Shown here: in pieces, positions 1 to 14,344 of the stretch
Layout of the letters: every line of letters starts with the position of its first letter
Position numbering within the stretch: the stretch's first letter is position 1
Source: Paragordius varius
Taxonomy: Eukaryota; Animalia; Nematomorpha
Direction: 5' to 3'
DNA length: 64,000 bases
Assembly (NCBI GenBank): GCA_964247055.1
Contig: OZ176056.1
Location: forward strand, 9,491,576-9,555,575
Translations under genes and position numbers: made by a program
Notes under the pieces: model-generated
Databases searched by the model: none
What the model was told of the DNA's origin: nothing
Seen by the model: only the letters and a program-made list of their open reading frames with translations

Positions 1-117
1 ACGACCTAGATATCGTATATGATACCAAATACATCGAAGTTTCAAAATGTTTTATTCCTATACATAATTGGACGAAATACAGTAAATTTTTTTATATCGA
101 ATATATCTATATATTTA

Positions 118-1100
118 TAAAAATGGAAAGTGATTGCTTTGTGATCTGTTTCCGGAAATCCAGTGGACCCATTCATATCCGGATATTAAAAAATATAATT
201 ATTAATGAATGCCCCGACAATAGCTTCGCCTTTTTTGATTTAGGTCCTCAGTTCGGGCCCATTCCGTGTAAAAAACGGCTTTTTGAAAACACAAGTCCAC
301 ATAAATTGTGTCTTTGATACAATTCTCCGGAAAACGTGATGGATCAGTCGATTTCAAATATAATTTTTTTACTTATTTTCGATTGCGCCGAACATATGCG
401 GCTCGCTTTTTTAATTTAGGCCCTCTTTTTACACGCTCTATCCCTAAAATATCATTTTTTCAAAAAAATTAAGCTCACAATAATATTTTTTGAATCTATT
501 TTTCCTAGGGTATGAGATCGTAAAAATTAAATAAAAATTCCAGGTATTCTCTGTTTAAAGGCAAAAATTTAAGTCAAGCGTTTCTTTGATGATAGCTGCG
601 GGGTAAGGATATACCCGCAAAAAACTGACCCGTCATATCAATATAGCATGCCTTTGAGGCTAAATTTCAGAAAACCTATCAGGCTTATGAGTTCAATAGC
701 TGCTTTAAGTATTACCCGTGTTTAGTAGTTAATTTTCAGAAAACTTATCAGGCCATAAGTTTTATAAGGGCCTGAAATATTACCCGTAGAAAGGCTAAAA
801 TTTAATTCTAGCGTTTTTTTAATTAGCGGTTAAATAGGCCCCTTACGCCCTAAAAAATGCGCTATCATTGAACTATTATTTAGTTTTAAAACCATTTTTC
901 CATAAACTATTAAGAACATATAGAATGAATAATGATTCCAAGTGTACCCATAAAAAGGCAATAAATATTATCGAAACGGCTTTTTGATATTGGCCTCTAC
1001 GTAGGGGGCTACCCGCCTAAAAGTGCGTCCCTATATTGATACAACATGTTGGAGCCAAATTTCAGAAACCTATGAGACTATGTAAATTCAATAAGATATA
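118..1100. repeat. Dispersed repeat (copy 1 of a family also at ~22370-22820), with internal subrepeats
   Basis: AAAATGGAAAGTGATTGCTTTGTGATCTGTTTCCGGAAA...TAGGTCCTCAGTTCGGGCCC...ACACAAGTCCAC aligns by eye to 22372-22560. AAATTTCAGAAAAC(C/T)TATCAGGC and TATTACCCGT subrepeats recur. Probably a non-autonomous transposon; ends not resolved. Confidence 0.7.
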
Positions 1101-4100
1101 AGGGGACCTGAAAAAATAGCCGCCATAGAACAATAATTAGTTTTAAAGCAATATTCCAAGAACCTATAGGAACATATGTATAATTCTAGATATTCCCATA
1201 TAAAAACAAAAATTTTGTGGCGGTTTTTTATACCTGACTCTAAGAAGCTATTTGCCAAAAACTGCGCCACTATATGGAAATGTGTTGTTTTGGAATTAAA
1301 GAAAACTTATGCCATATGAGCTCATTTAAAGTTCGAAATATTACCTGTAATAGGTAAAATTTGGGGCCTTTATGCCCTAAAAATACGCCATCATATAACG
1401 ATTATTTATTGTTGGTGTATTTTTTCGAATAATCAAAGAGATGGTTTCAAAAGTGATTCAAAATATATTCCCAATAAAAGAATATAATTCGGCGCTTTTT
1501 CATATAGGTCTATGGGTAGGGGTTTACCGGTTTAAAACTAAACCATATTCAGTGTACAACATTGAAAATCACGAAACACTGCATAAAAAAGTTATGGATT
1601 GTTATTTATTATTTTTTCTGGTTGTCATCTACTTTTTTTCCATTTTCAAAACAAAGAACAACTATACAAATAAGTGATGATCAACAGAGAAAACTTTTTT
1701 ATTCTCTCGCAATAATTTACGATTGCTACCAAACTGTTATAGAAATTACCAAGCGTAACTCAAAACCTTTAACAATCTATGTTAAAGTTAAGACTAATAA
1801 TATCTTTTTTTTCATTTTTAACTAATAATTTATAAATACTAGCTAAATTATTTATTTAAATAGTAAATTCATAACCTTAAATCAAAATAATACTAGCTTC
1901 GAGTTCATAATGAAGGAAAAAATTATTTTCTAATACTTTTAATACATTTAAAAATATTCTATCTGATGAACACACTCGTTTCAAAAGAATTGCATTAGTT
2001 TGTTGTAAATTTAAATTTTGATAATATTCGGAGTGTTATACACTTATAACAAATAATAATATTTTTAGTATATAGATATTAATAAATATAATTAATTTAA
2101 ATAAATATATAAATGCTTCATATTCTATTTATAGATAATTATCTAATAAAGAATGTTCCTCCTATTTTTCAAAAATGCCATATTCACCGAATCCGCCAAT
2201 TGATAAAGGAAAATTTAAAATTTAGTTATATACAATGAGCAAAGTTATAATTGTTGTAAAATGGACTATTTTTCTAAAATAAACGCAAAAATGCCGAGTC
2301 GCGAATAATTTGAATATATGCTAGTACCAGCCAAATATATTATAAACAATCAACACTTTTTACATTTTATTTTCAGCAAGGGTTGAAGCGTTTAATACTA
2401 TTTTTAGGCATGATGGAAACGGTATAAAAACGTTTTTAGATTAAAACCTTTTTTACATAAATAAATCATTAGAAACATTTCTATTGCTTAACAATTTTAA
2501 TTTGGTTCGTTTACTTTCAAGTTTAATTAATTTATAAAAAACACAAATTTATATTTGACATAAATTATAAGACCAACAAATATTTTAAAATCCAAATTCT
2601 GATGTGAGATAGAAATGTTTATATCATTATAAAATAAAAAAAGTGATTTTGTATTCTCTATTTAAGTGATACTATTAGAAGCCGTAGTTCATGGACTTTT
2701 AACCATTATTATAATTTTTAGTGATTCCAATGTTGTTCCAGAACGAAACGTAACGCCCATTGATTTTAAATTTGTTGATCCACAAAAATTTGCAAATTCC
2801 TTCACAGATAACGATTAGAAAGACTACTCACAAACTTTTCATTTAAAGAAGGAATATTGCAATGATTACCACAAAGCCTAAACATCAATCTTTGATTTTT
2901 ATTGATTCATTTCTGATGTAATAATTATAACTTTTTTTACATGCTTTTTTTGTTGATTAATGTCAGTTCTGAAAGGATTATCTAAATCCATAATTTAGCT
3001 ATATATAATTAATCAAAATTTTCTGCAAAATGTTATTAATATTGTATTATAGCGGTTTTATTTTACAAATTTAACAACTTTGCAAATAAATAGAGCTAAT
3101 AATAATAATACATATTCATAAGGTTTCTCTCTGAGTGTGTTTCTTTAATCACCTTTTAATCCTTAAAACACTTCCAGTTGATCCTTGAACATTTTATATT
3201 TTCCTTAAACTGTTTTAATTAATTTGTATATTTTATCAATCAAACCAATTATACATTAAATTTGTATTTTAAACGTTATTCTCCAATTAACATCTAGTAA
3301 ACATGTCAGGTAATATGACTTAAATAGAACTTAAAATATAATCCGTAAAAAGGCAAAAACTTAGCTCGTGCGATTTTTCAAATTTGCCCTTGCTTTTTTT
3401 GATAATATTATTATCAAAATTATTATACTTAGTGGATACTAAAATGCTGTAATTTTATTACATAATCGTTAAAAAGATCGTATATACATTATTTAATTTT
3501 GGTCATGCCTCTAAAAGAAAATAAATTAATACTGAAGAGATAATAATTTTTTGAAAAACAAAAAGCTTTAAAATTTATATTGGCTAATATATAATAAATA
3601 TTTAGTTATAGACCAGTTTTAGATAATTTTTAGATGGAAAACACAAGGCTGTGTGAATCACGTTTTCCATTATATTCTTATAAAATCACACATATTACAT
3701 TTTAAGTCAATTGATTACAATAGTAGGCTTTTTAACCTAGTAAATTGTTAATCAAAAATGGGCTAATTAAGAATTTAAGGCAAAATTGAAAAGTATTTGT
3801 TAGGAAATTTTTACTTTTAAGATCCTTTAAAATAAGCCTACAATTATTATTATTATATTATACATATTTAATTCGTTTTAATGATTTATATTCACCAATT
3901 TTAATGAACACTAAAGATTATAATTCAAAATATTTTGCCGTGTTCATAACCTTTAATTTTCGCGGTTTTATTTATTTAGATGGTTGAACAATAAAAATTG
4001 CCCCTATAACCAGTTATCATATAGTAATGGATAGGTGGTGTTCAATAATAACCTCGCTCCATTTCGATTTGCAGTTTTTCCACCCCGTGTGTAATTGGAT

Positions 4101-4379
4101 CTTTTCAATGGCATCATCATTCATATACCTCCTAAACAAATATATATTATAGGTCAATTTTAAAAAATTTTGTTCATTTTTGTAATTATACACAAAAAAT
4201 ATTTGAGTCATCTAACCTCCATTTTCAAAAAAATGGGGAAATAGTTTTTCCACCTGAATAACCAAAGGAATATCAAATTTTCTACTAATTACTAGTAGGA
4301 ATTTTTGAAATATATATATACTTATATACTACGAAATTTCATTTAATATAATTTTTGGAAAAACTTTTTCGAATTTAAA

Positions 4380-5693
4380 ATGATTAAATTTGCGCTACCA
4401 TTTTTAAGTATTCTCATATGCCTAGTATTCAGCCATTTTGTCGGTTAGTATTAAATTTAGATGAAAAATATACGGATAAAACGTAAAAATATAAAGACAA
4501 AATTTTTTTTTAAAAAAAATAACCATACTTTTTTAATCTTGTTTTTTCGATTATAACTTATTATTTAATATTGCAGTGTGAAATAAAGATATATATAATT
4601 AACAATCAATTTTATATTTTACAATCAAATTAAATACCTTTTAGAAGAAATTTTAAGGTTTGAATAAGTCTGGTTGTGTTGAAAAAAATATTTGTCTTTA
4701 TAATTTTGCGTTTTCCGTATTTTTATTTTTACTGTAAAAGTATATATATGATTTCGTGGTTAATACCATTTCTATAAACTCATCAATTATTTTTGAATAA
4801 CTCAAAATTTAAAAAGAATTTTAAAGCATTTAAAACATTTACGACAAAATCCTGATATTTGATATAAATTCATTAATTATTTTCCCTCAAAAAAGTATAT
4901 TAAACATTGACAAATAATTTAAAAAATGAAAAAAAAATACATTTAAATTAAAGATCAATATGCTCATAATAAACGTTTCGTTCAAAACATGTTAATATAT
5001 CCTTTCAATAATTGATTATTGATAAAAAATTGTTTAATATAAAAGATAAAATGTTGAATATGAACGGAAAAGGGTTGAAGTCGGTAACATTTCTATTTTA
5101 TACCAAAGCTTTGAGCTATTGAATGACATATATAATATATATATATTGTACTTGGACATATATGTACCTTTTTACCGCAAAAGTCCTGATATTATTTTTA
5201 AGCTAAAATTTTAATAAACTAATATATCAATTTTAAAATGTTTATTACAAGATGCTGATATTCCGGACGCTGCTATGCAACAACTTATTTTGAAATTGCA
5301 CAATGATGAACGCAACAGCCTTAATGCCAAAATGATGATGAAATTAGTATTATATATATAATACCATTTACAGTACAAATTTAATCTTGAACATTATTCA
5401 CCCTCGAATCAAATTCACCCTAAATATATATTATGTATTTTCGGGCGACTAATAAACCCCTCATTAATATGAAAGATATCTTAATGGCATTTATTATTTT
5501 CCAGTATATTATTTTAGTTTTAAACAAATAAAGATGTAAAAAATATAGATAATTTTTAATCCTAAAAAACACTTTTTATTTTAGGGTGAATTTGAATTAT
5601 TCAATGGATTAATTTTGAATTACTCGAAGGTGAATTTGAATTGTTCAAGGGTTAATTTGAATGTGAATTTAAATTGTTTGATGGTGAATTTGA

Positions 5694-5725
<32 letters not shown>

Positions 5726-7949
5726 ATTCCGTCCTTTATATTTAGAAATAAAAACTTAAAATTATATATTGGTAACATCTAAAAAGATATATACGATATT
5801 TATTAACTATATTTCCCCGTGTATGTTTAGAAATGGTATAACGAAGGGGCTCAAATGGCTGAGAAAAACTTGGCTGCCTGTAGATACGATCATGACGACC
5901 CTAAAACATCAGGTATTAACTACAACACTATTATACAGTAAAAGTTAAAATTATTACGGACAAAACGTTAAAAATAAAGACAAATATATATTTTTAAAAT
6001 ACAACCATACTTGTTTTGCTTACTCGAATTAATCCTATTTAAACCATTTAATAACAAGCCTTAAATATAAAATTAATTATGGTCGATATACATTTCTATT
6101 TTATACTTTGGAAAACGAAAACAATGAATTAAATTAAAATTAATCAAGATACAAAAAGTATGGTTGTCTTTATGAATTAGTCTGTATAATTTTATCCGTA
6201 TAATATCATTTTTAAGTGTATATATAACTTAAAAAAACACTTGTTTAGAATACGATGGTGGTCAGAACCTTGCTTACAATGGAGAACCCGTGAATTGGAA
6301 TAAAACATTTAATCAATGGAATAGTGAGAAAGATGATTACACGTGAGATCAGATATAATTGTATTTAGGTATGGAGCTGAAAGACACCGCGGTGTAGTTA
6401 CCCATTATACGCAGGTCGTAAGATTATGTTGATTAAATAATCTTGTAAATTTTTCTGGTCAATATATGCATGACATTATATGTAAATCAATTTCGTATTA
6501 GATAATTTGGGCTTCAACTCGGTTGATAGGATGTGCCCACAAGATTTGTCCGACCCGTACCCTTTATACTTGTAACTATTATCCCAGGTAAAATTTTAGA
6601 TATGCGCGTCCCAAATGGGAGGAGGGGGAGAAATTAGTTAATATTGTTTTTTTTTCAAATGAAAGCGAGTCAAAATATTTCTATTACTTGAAATTATTTA
6701 TTAAAAAATTTTTATTTGCTAAAACAAACTAATCAAGAGGAAATTTTGGACTTGCCTACCCCTATGAAAAATCAAGCAGTCAAACATGTATTTGTCCCGC
6801 TGATGGTCAGTGTTCCAAGGATTATCCGAATCTTTTAGACACTTGTGGTAAAAAAATTTGCATTATTTCATAGCAGGCAATTTAGTAAAAAGGTTGTTTA
6901 TTTCAAAATGTTATATTAGACATTATTGAAACGTGTACCAATAAATATACGAATTGCGAAGTAAATTGTGAGTACAGTGCTAAAGATTGCAAGTTATCTT
7001 GTGATCCAATATGCTCAGCTCAAACTTGGCCCCCTCATAAAAAAGGAATTACTTCTGTAACTAACGGATTGCCAAGTAATAATAGAACAACTAATTCTCC
7101 TACGCGTTCTTCAACACAACAACGTCCTAATACAACTTTCCGACCCTCTTATAACCCTACTATGGTGAATACTAACAATAATAATAATAATTTGCGACCA
7201 ACAACAGATAGAGGTTAGATTATAATATTTTTTAAACCAATTTCGGGAGAAATCAGTAGGAAATCAGATATAAGGCAAAACATTAAAAGCAAAAGTTTAA
7301 TATTTTGTTTTTATTTTATTTCGTGATAACGCACTAAATATAATACCAATTGTATAAGTAAAGATTTTAATTATACTATGGACAAAACATAAAAATATAA
7401 AGACAAATGTTTTTTTTGCAAAAGACCATACTCTATAAATCTTGATTGTTGAACTAATTATTTAATATTGGAAAGTTTGAAATAGAGATATATTACTAAT
7501 GAAATCAATTTTATATTCAACAATCATAATTAAATTGCTTATAGGGAAAAAATTAAGGTTGGGAAAAGTATGGTTGGTTGTCTTTTGAAAAAAAATATGT
7601 CTTAATTTTAAGTTTTGTCCGTATATTTTCAATTTTTAATGTGTATATATAAAGATGATATTCCAAAAGATATTAAAACAATACCCTGTAAAATATAAAT
7701 TTTTTATAGTGTTTTGTGTTCATAATAATATACCATTTTCATAAATATTTAGTTCCAAGTAATAGAAATGGTGCTGAAGCTCCTAACCCTAAAGATTTTG
7801 CAAATTATAATGATTACGTTCGAGCTCACAATGATTGGGCTTATCGCCAACAAGGAGATGTTAATATTGGCCGTCCCAATCGAAATGATTTTAGCAGTTA
7901 TGACGAATATCTTCGAGCCTACTATGAATGGTCCAATAACCGAAATTAA
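4380..7949 (+). CDS. Secreted CAP/SCP-TAPS (venom allergen/CRISP-like) protein with Cys-rich ShKT-like module, S/T/N/P linker and duplicated C-terminal motif; 9 exons
   Basis: Exons 4380-4443, 5252-5346, 5831-5912, 6249-6342, 6369-6414, 6502-6587, 6738-6847, 6920-7213, 7753-7949. All introns are GT-AG and phase-compatible. Signal peptide MIKFALPFLSILICLVFSHFV; CAP motifs LHNDER..AKMMMKLKW, GQNLA, THYTQIIWASTRLIGCA, YTCNYYPRGN; Cys-rich CTNKYTNCEVNCEYSAKDCKLSCDPIC. AATAAA at 8038. Confidence 0.9.
6343..6368 (+). other. 26-nt GT-AG intron in the CAP gene
   Basis: GTGAGATCAGATATAATTGTATTTAG. Removal joins ...EKDDYT|YGAERHRGVVTHYTQ in frame; retention shifts the frame before the conserved HYTQ motif. 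Confidence 0.85.
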
Positions 7950-9599
7950 AATTAAAATAATCAAATCATATTTAGTATAGTTAGCATTTTATAACCAAAA
8001 ACAATATCTAATTATTTTCATGATAAAGTTCTAAATTAATAAATTTGAATGCACGTTTTTGATTAAAAGAAATTCACGAGATAAATATTCTGAAATTATA
8101 CTGACAAATCGTAAAAACATCACGACAAATTTTTTTAAAAGACAATCATACTTTTATATTAATTTTTCTCCTATATATATGTAATTACAATTGTAGCAAA
8201 TATAATCGATTGTTTTACCAATAACATAAAAATTTCATACATTTCAAATAAAAGATTTGAAAAGTATTGTTGTTTTTTAAAAAAAAAACTATTTGTCTTT
8301 ATATTGTTATATGTTGTCTGTATAATTTCAATTTTAGATGTATAACCTTTTTATTACAATTTTATAAAATAGTCACACAGAAAAACAAAATGATTTCAAC
8401 ATTAAAAGGTGCATCTTTAATTTAAATAAAAAAACGAAAAGTGTATGGATATTTAAAATAATATAGGCCTAAATTATTTTAAAAGGTAATCATTAAATAT
8501 TCAATACTGTGTCGCAAAAAATAATAGCTTAATGAAAATGCTTTAGTTTTGTACTAGGTGCTCTATATCAGAAAATGGCAAAATTTACATATACTTTTTT
8601 AAATAATTTTTTTTGTGTAATTGGTTTATTTCGAAATCTAAAAATAAATTTATACTGCACATTAAAAGCAAAACAACATTTTATAAAAATTGTGGTCCCC
8701 CCCATTTTCGCTCTTCTAAAATGGGTTAGATTTATTAAAATAAACATAAAACTGAAATATATGGTATCTTGATAACTAAAATATTTTGAAGCACACTTTG
8801 TGCAATTTAATTTTTAGCAAAATTTTGTTGAAGCGTACCTCATACTATTTTATGCATCAACTGTATCACTTTAAGATAATATATCATAACTTTTTCAAAA
8901 TAAAAAATTCGATGATGCTAAACATTTTTGTCACCTCAGAAATTCGATTATATATATAGCAAAAATTAAGATTATTAAAAGTATGGTTATTTTTTGAAAA
9001 AAAAAATTGTCTTTATATTTTTACGTTTTGTCCGTATAATATTAGTTTTTACAGTATATTATCTTAAATACTTATACGATAAGTATGACTTTTGAAGCCA
9101 CAAAACCAAAATTAGTTTACTGAGGTAGCTATTTTAGGTTTGTTGACATATTTAACTAAAAGTAATGCTAATCCCTATCATATTGCAACATTAATCCATG
9201 ACTGAATAGAATACATGGATATTTAGTACTATGTTTTCATATATTTTGTCATATAATTAATATAAATTCTATAATCTATTGTAAAAATGTGGGGATGATT
9301 TAAATAGTTTTTAAATTATATTATATATGAGATCATAGTTTAGATTTTTGTAGGTAATTTATTTAACCTCATTTTCAAAATATTCTAACTTTTAGTTTTA
9401 GATTCATACGGATAAAACGTAAAATTATAAAGACAATATTTTTTTCAAAAAACAACCATACTTTTTAAATATTGATTTTTCCAATATAACTCGTTGTTTT
9501 AAATGGCAAAGTATAGGTATTATTGGTTTGGCCCAATCATTGGGATCCATAGATTAATCTACGATATATGTCTCTATCATTTGTTTCGAGAAAATGTTC

Positions 9600-10535
9600 A
9601 GGAATTTTAAGTCTTGTTCTATGATTTGAGTCCAAGTTGTTTTAGGCCTCCCTTTTCGGTTGGGGCAGAAATCTGTAAATCAAGAATTTCCTTTGCAGAT
9701 GAGTCTATACTCGATCTGTGCATGTGTCCAAAAATCTGGAGTGTATTTGTTCTAATAAAAGCCGTTTTTGGTTCTAGTTCATTTATGGTAGAATTTATCA
9801 TAATGTATTTTAGCATTTTGTCTTCCGTTCTTTTCAATCTCGATTCTGTTTTTGTAATTGCCCAGGTTTCGCAGTAGGTAAGGGTTGGGCGGACACCGAC
9901 TTTATACATTTTGAATTTATTTTTTTACGGTTATATCTTTATGTGTTAATACATATTGAGTGATATGGTTGTTTGAGGGTTCCCATTATTATTACTGATA
10001 TTACCTAAATAGTTGATATCGTTGACAATTTTGAACCTAAAATCTTCGATACTAAACTTCCTTGATTAAGGGATGTTGGGTTTATCTGATATACAGCTTT
10101 GGCTTTTAAAATTTTTATTATTGTCAATAGATTTTCTTTTCAATTTAGAGCATTTTTTGTGGACCCACATTTTACACGATGGATAAAGAATGGAATTTTT
10201 AACCATGGAACAAATGGAGCAGGGGTATTTTATGGTTATTTTTTCAGCTCATCTGATCATTACCTTCGTCTTTTATATGTTTATTTTTAGACCATGTTTT
10301 TGGAAACAGGTATGCCATTTGAGGTATGAACTTTTCAGTTTATGTGCTGTTTTTGCTGTTATAACCAAATCGTCGGCGTAAAATCTCTGCTTATATAATC
10401 CATTATTATTATAAACAGTAGTAAGCTTAGGGTTGAGCTTTGATGGAGGCTTATATTAATATTAAAACAATTTGTGCTTCCGACTGGTGTTTTAACGTAG
10501 CTTTCGCATTTTCATACAGGAGCATTATTATTTTT
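9600..10535 (-). mobile_element. Degenerate RTE-clade non-LTR retrotransposon fragment (RT and C-terminus)
   Basis: Minus-strand translation gives LHQSSTLSLLLFIIIMD (cf. LHQGSALSPLLF), FYADDLVIT, GLKINI*KTKVM and MYKVGVRPTLTYCETWA, interrupted by stops and frameshifts. Confidence 0.85.
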
Positions 10536-10847
10536 ATTAATTCAATCCCCACCTGTTTGCGGTGATGCCCGCAATTCCTTGACACTAACAGGGATGGCTG
10601 GTTCGAGATGACCGAACTCTTGTAAAAGAGACTCTCTAGCTTTGTGAAGTGCCCAAAATTACGAGTATTTAAAATTATTGTAAAAATTTGTTCCAGGGTG
10701 CAAAATCCAATAAAGGTAGTTTTGTAGAAAAAACAATTAGTTTTAAACTCGCTTCATAACTTTATGTAATAAAAAAAACCGAGGAATATCCGATTCGGGA
10801 CCTGATATAAAATTATATTTCATTCCAACACTTAATTTGATTAATTA

Positions 10848-11971
10848 CACTAGACAACAAATTTTTCTGCCATTCGAGTTTTTTGCATTTTCTGATATTT
10901 AGCATCATTCTAACAGTAAATCTGAAATAAAAAATATAACTCGATCAAAGAATTTTGTATAATTTGATTTTTTTGATTATGCCCTATCTTTATCAAAATT
11001 TTACTAAAAAATGTTTTTCTTTGAAAATATACAAGTAATGCCCATTTGTAATATATCATTCGAAAGAGTATTAAAAACTCTATAAAATGCATACTAATAT
11101 GTATTACATCGACAGTTAATATTGGACACAAAGAGCGACAAACGCGCGAAGCGAGAGCATTTTTTTAATTATTACATTATTAAATCTAATGGATGAAAAT
11201 AGCTCAAACTTTATTTAGAGGGAGATGAATGACCAAAAAAGATAACACCAGAAAGTTTTTTTTTATTAAAACATTTTTTATTGCTTTTATGTTAATCAAA
11301 ATGGCCATTTTTAAGTTTTTTGTTTTTTAAAAATTACCATGTCATCAATATTAATTTATTTTCTTTACAGGGCTGATAATTTCGAAATTTTAAAGATAAA
11401 AACAAAGTTTAAGGTATTTTTGATCTTTTATAGCCATTATGTAATAAATTTACAGTTATAACTATGCATTTTAATATCCACGAGGTAAAATATATATAAT
11501 AATAATAATTTTTATTAAAAAAGCAAACCAAAAGCTTTTTCAAACATTTTTTTTTAAATTAAATACTAATATAACCCTAATAATTATATTAATATAATTT
11601 ATATGATTTTCAAATTAGTTTGTCTGTGAGAATTTTTGACTTATTTAAGGTTTGAAATTTCGACCATTTAAATCCAAATAACTTTAACATCCGATTGATT
11701 TAAATGACTTACTACCATTTAAAAGATTCAGTTTTTTGCGCTCTTTCGAATGATATAAAATACATGGCTTCATATTTAAAACTTTTAATTTCCGAAATTT
11801 CGAGTTTAATGTTAAATCGGGGCCAAAAATTATCGATAAACTCTAATATAAAAGAATTCTTCCATGCTAGACCAATTTTCTTTTCAGATATACTAATTAT
11901 GTACTTTAATAAAATAAATTTTAAATTTCCAGAAATGGCAGTTAAAAAAAGTTAAAATTTGTTGTCTAGTG
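10848..11971. mobile_element. Non-autonomous CACTA/Chapaev-type (CMC) DNA transposon
   Basis: Perfect TIR CACTAGACAACAAATTT...AAATTTGTTGTCTAGTG flanked by TTA on both sides (3-bp TSD). A degenerate inverted copy of its internal sequence lies at ~20600-21495. Confidence 0.75.
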
Positions 11972-11999
11972 TTATGCTATTAAATTGTAACAAAGCTTA

Positions 12000-13090
12000 C
12001 ATTATTTTTTTAGATATTAATATACGGCTTTATAAAAGAAGGTTGAAAAGGCATTTGCCAAAAGCTTTTTCACAATACCTATAAATTCACAATACCTACT
12101 TAAATTGGGTACAGAATAAAAAATGAGACCTTTTTTAAATGTCTTCTGATTATTATAAGGTTTAAAATATATCCCATTCGCAAGAAGGTAGACGTCTCTT
12201 TCATCAATAAATTGTTATTTTTATTGTAAGTAAAAAGAAAGCTCGAAAATTCAGATATAATTATTTTAAAATATAGAGGGACTATATAACCGCAAAAAAC
12301 GCCTTGGAAATGGCAATTAAAATGGGGCCTTAATCCTGTTTTTAGTGATAAGAGTAAATTAGAAGACTCGATGAGCTTGCTGATGCTCATAGATTTTCTA
12401 CTTTAAATATTGATTATATTAAAATTATTGTAACTTTTTAATTAAAAACAGTGTTGGCAATTTTATAGCGTAGCAGATATATTTTTCTTTCTGCTTCAAT
12501 CAAAGTTAACAAAAATGAGTGAAGTCTAATTTAATATTTAATTATTCAATCTGAGTGAATTTTATCCAATTCAAATAGTGTGAGTTCGCTAAAATCAACA
12601 ATGCCAGGTTTGCAAAGCTATTAGTTATAAGTGCTTAACGGTTAAATTATAATTAACAGCATTATTATTGTGGTTTTTACCAGTACGGTTGTTACAGCGA
12701 AACGGACATTTTCAAATGTAAAAATAATTAAATATAGTAGCACAATGGTTGAAAAGTTAAGCAATTTATCGTTAATAGCGATTGAAACAAAATCGAATGA
12801 ATAAAGATATTATTGGAAAATTCGCTCACGCAAAATCGAGAAATATTTTCTAATTACTAAATATTACTAATAAGTTATTTAATTTTTAACTTTAAAACGA
12901 AGGTTAAGATTAATTGGTAGTGGTTAGGGTGTGCAAGTAGGTACTAACCATCATATATAAAAATTAAAAGAACGCATGCCAAGTCATGTAAATATTATCA
13001 TTTTTAATGTAATATTTCTTTTCAAAGATAAGTGATGCGCCAGATGAAAAAAAACTGTTTTCGATTTTTGGGGAGGAAGATGGTTTTAAT
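12000..13090 (+). mobile_element. Decayed hAT transposase 3' remnant plus element end
   Basis: ~12660-12845 translates VVFTSTVVTAKRTFSNVKIIKYSSTMVEKLSNLSLIAIE...IIGKFAHAKSR, resembling the hAT C-terminal dimerization motif (PVTVASAERSFS.LK.IK...RSTM...RL..L..L.IE). 12900-13080 is the reverse complement of 35490-35680 in the hAT element below. Confidence 0.75.
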
Positions 13091-14344
13091 ATTAAATCTT
13101 GCGGGTAGAGCCTACAATTTATAGTTCCGTAACTGGCTAAAACTAGTTTCAAACCAGAAAACATTAAGCGCTATTCTAACAGTCGTTTATATTTATTATT
13201 TTCGTTTTCAAATTTGAATAAACAAATAACCGGTTTGATAACCTATTTTCGCTTGTGTCTTTTTTATTGTAGGTACCATTAAATCCATATATATAATGTG
13301 TGTAAACATACATTTTGTAATGTCCACGCCTTAGTTATTTTTCTATCTATTTCTAAGACTCAAACAATAAATGTCCGTTTTAATATAAACATGTATTTGA
13401 ATCATGTTACATCATTACTTATGTTTATACGATTTAAAAATATATGTTTTTCTAACCTAATGTTGCATAATTTTCGTAATATGATAGACTAAATTTTAAT
13501 TTACATATATTTATATTTTTTTGTTTCATATTTTATTATGCATCAACGATTAAAAAATTCAAAATGATATATAAGGTAGTTAAAAACCTGTACAGGTTTT
13601 AAATTATATGGTATTAGGTAACATAGTTGTAAGTTTAATTTTATTCTCTTTATTATTCAAGATAGTTGCGGGAATCTTTATTAATTCCCATATGTACTTT
13701 TTTGATATTCATTTTTTCTTAGTTGACGGCCGAATAGCATAATATAGATGAGGGGTGTCAAACATAAAGGTTTTTCTAGCAGCAATTATATTGAATTGGA
13801 GAAACGGAAAGGCTACTTTCGCAAAATAATTGGGGTTTTAACAAATATTATAATTAGATTTAAACAGAAGACTGTAAGAACACTATTTATTTAACAATTT
13901 CATTGCCAAAATTCGGAAGGAGTTATTTAGACAATTAATTTAATATAATCATTTTACTTTAATTTTATATTATTATTTTTAATGCGGTTTGCAGAAATAT
14001 CTTGAAAACCACAGGAGGTCTACGGGATGGACATCCTGATATAGATAATACAATTTATTTGTATAATTCTGTGTAATATTTGTATTGCAAGATATTTTTA
14101 AAATTATGCAATATTTATTTGATTTGTTACATCCTTTATTGACTGACATCTTTATTTATACAATAATAATGGAATAAAATTATATTAACCCACATCCCGC
14201 CCCCATTTAGAACTTATTTAGTCCACAACTACATATATATATGTATTAAGTTTCCGTTGCTTACCTATTACATTTCCATGTTTTTATTCTGTTGGTACAT
14301 GCAAAGCCTTCTAGAATATCTGCCATAGAAATAAAAAACTAAAT

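Noticed and set aside
2660-2820. 50-codon open stretch with hydrophobic start; also 1594-1825
   Set aside because: No start codon, splice partner or recognisable homology.
6848-6873. Additional 26/29-nt intron plus micro-exon in the CAP gene
   Set aside because: The phases do not close; a single 72-nt intron (6848-6919) fits.
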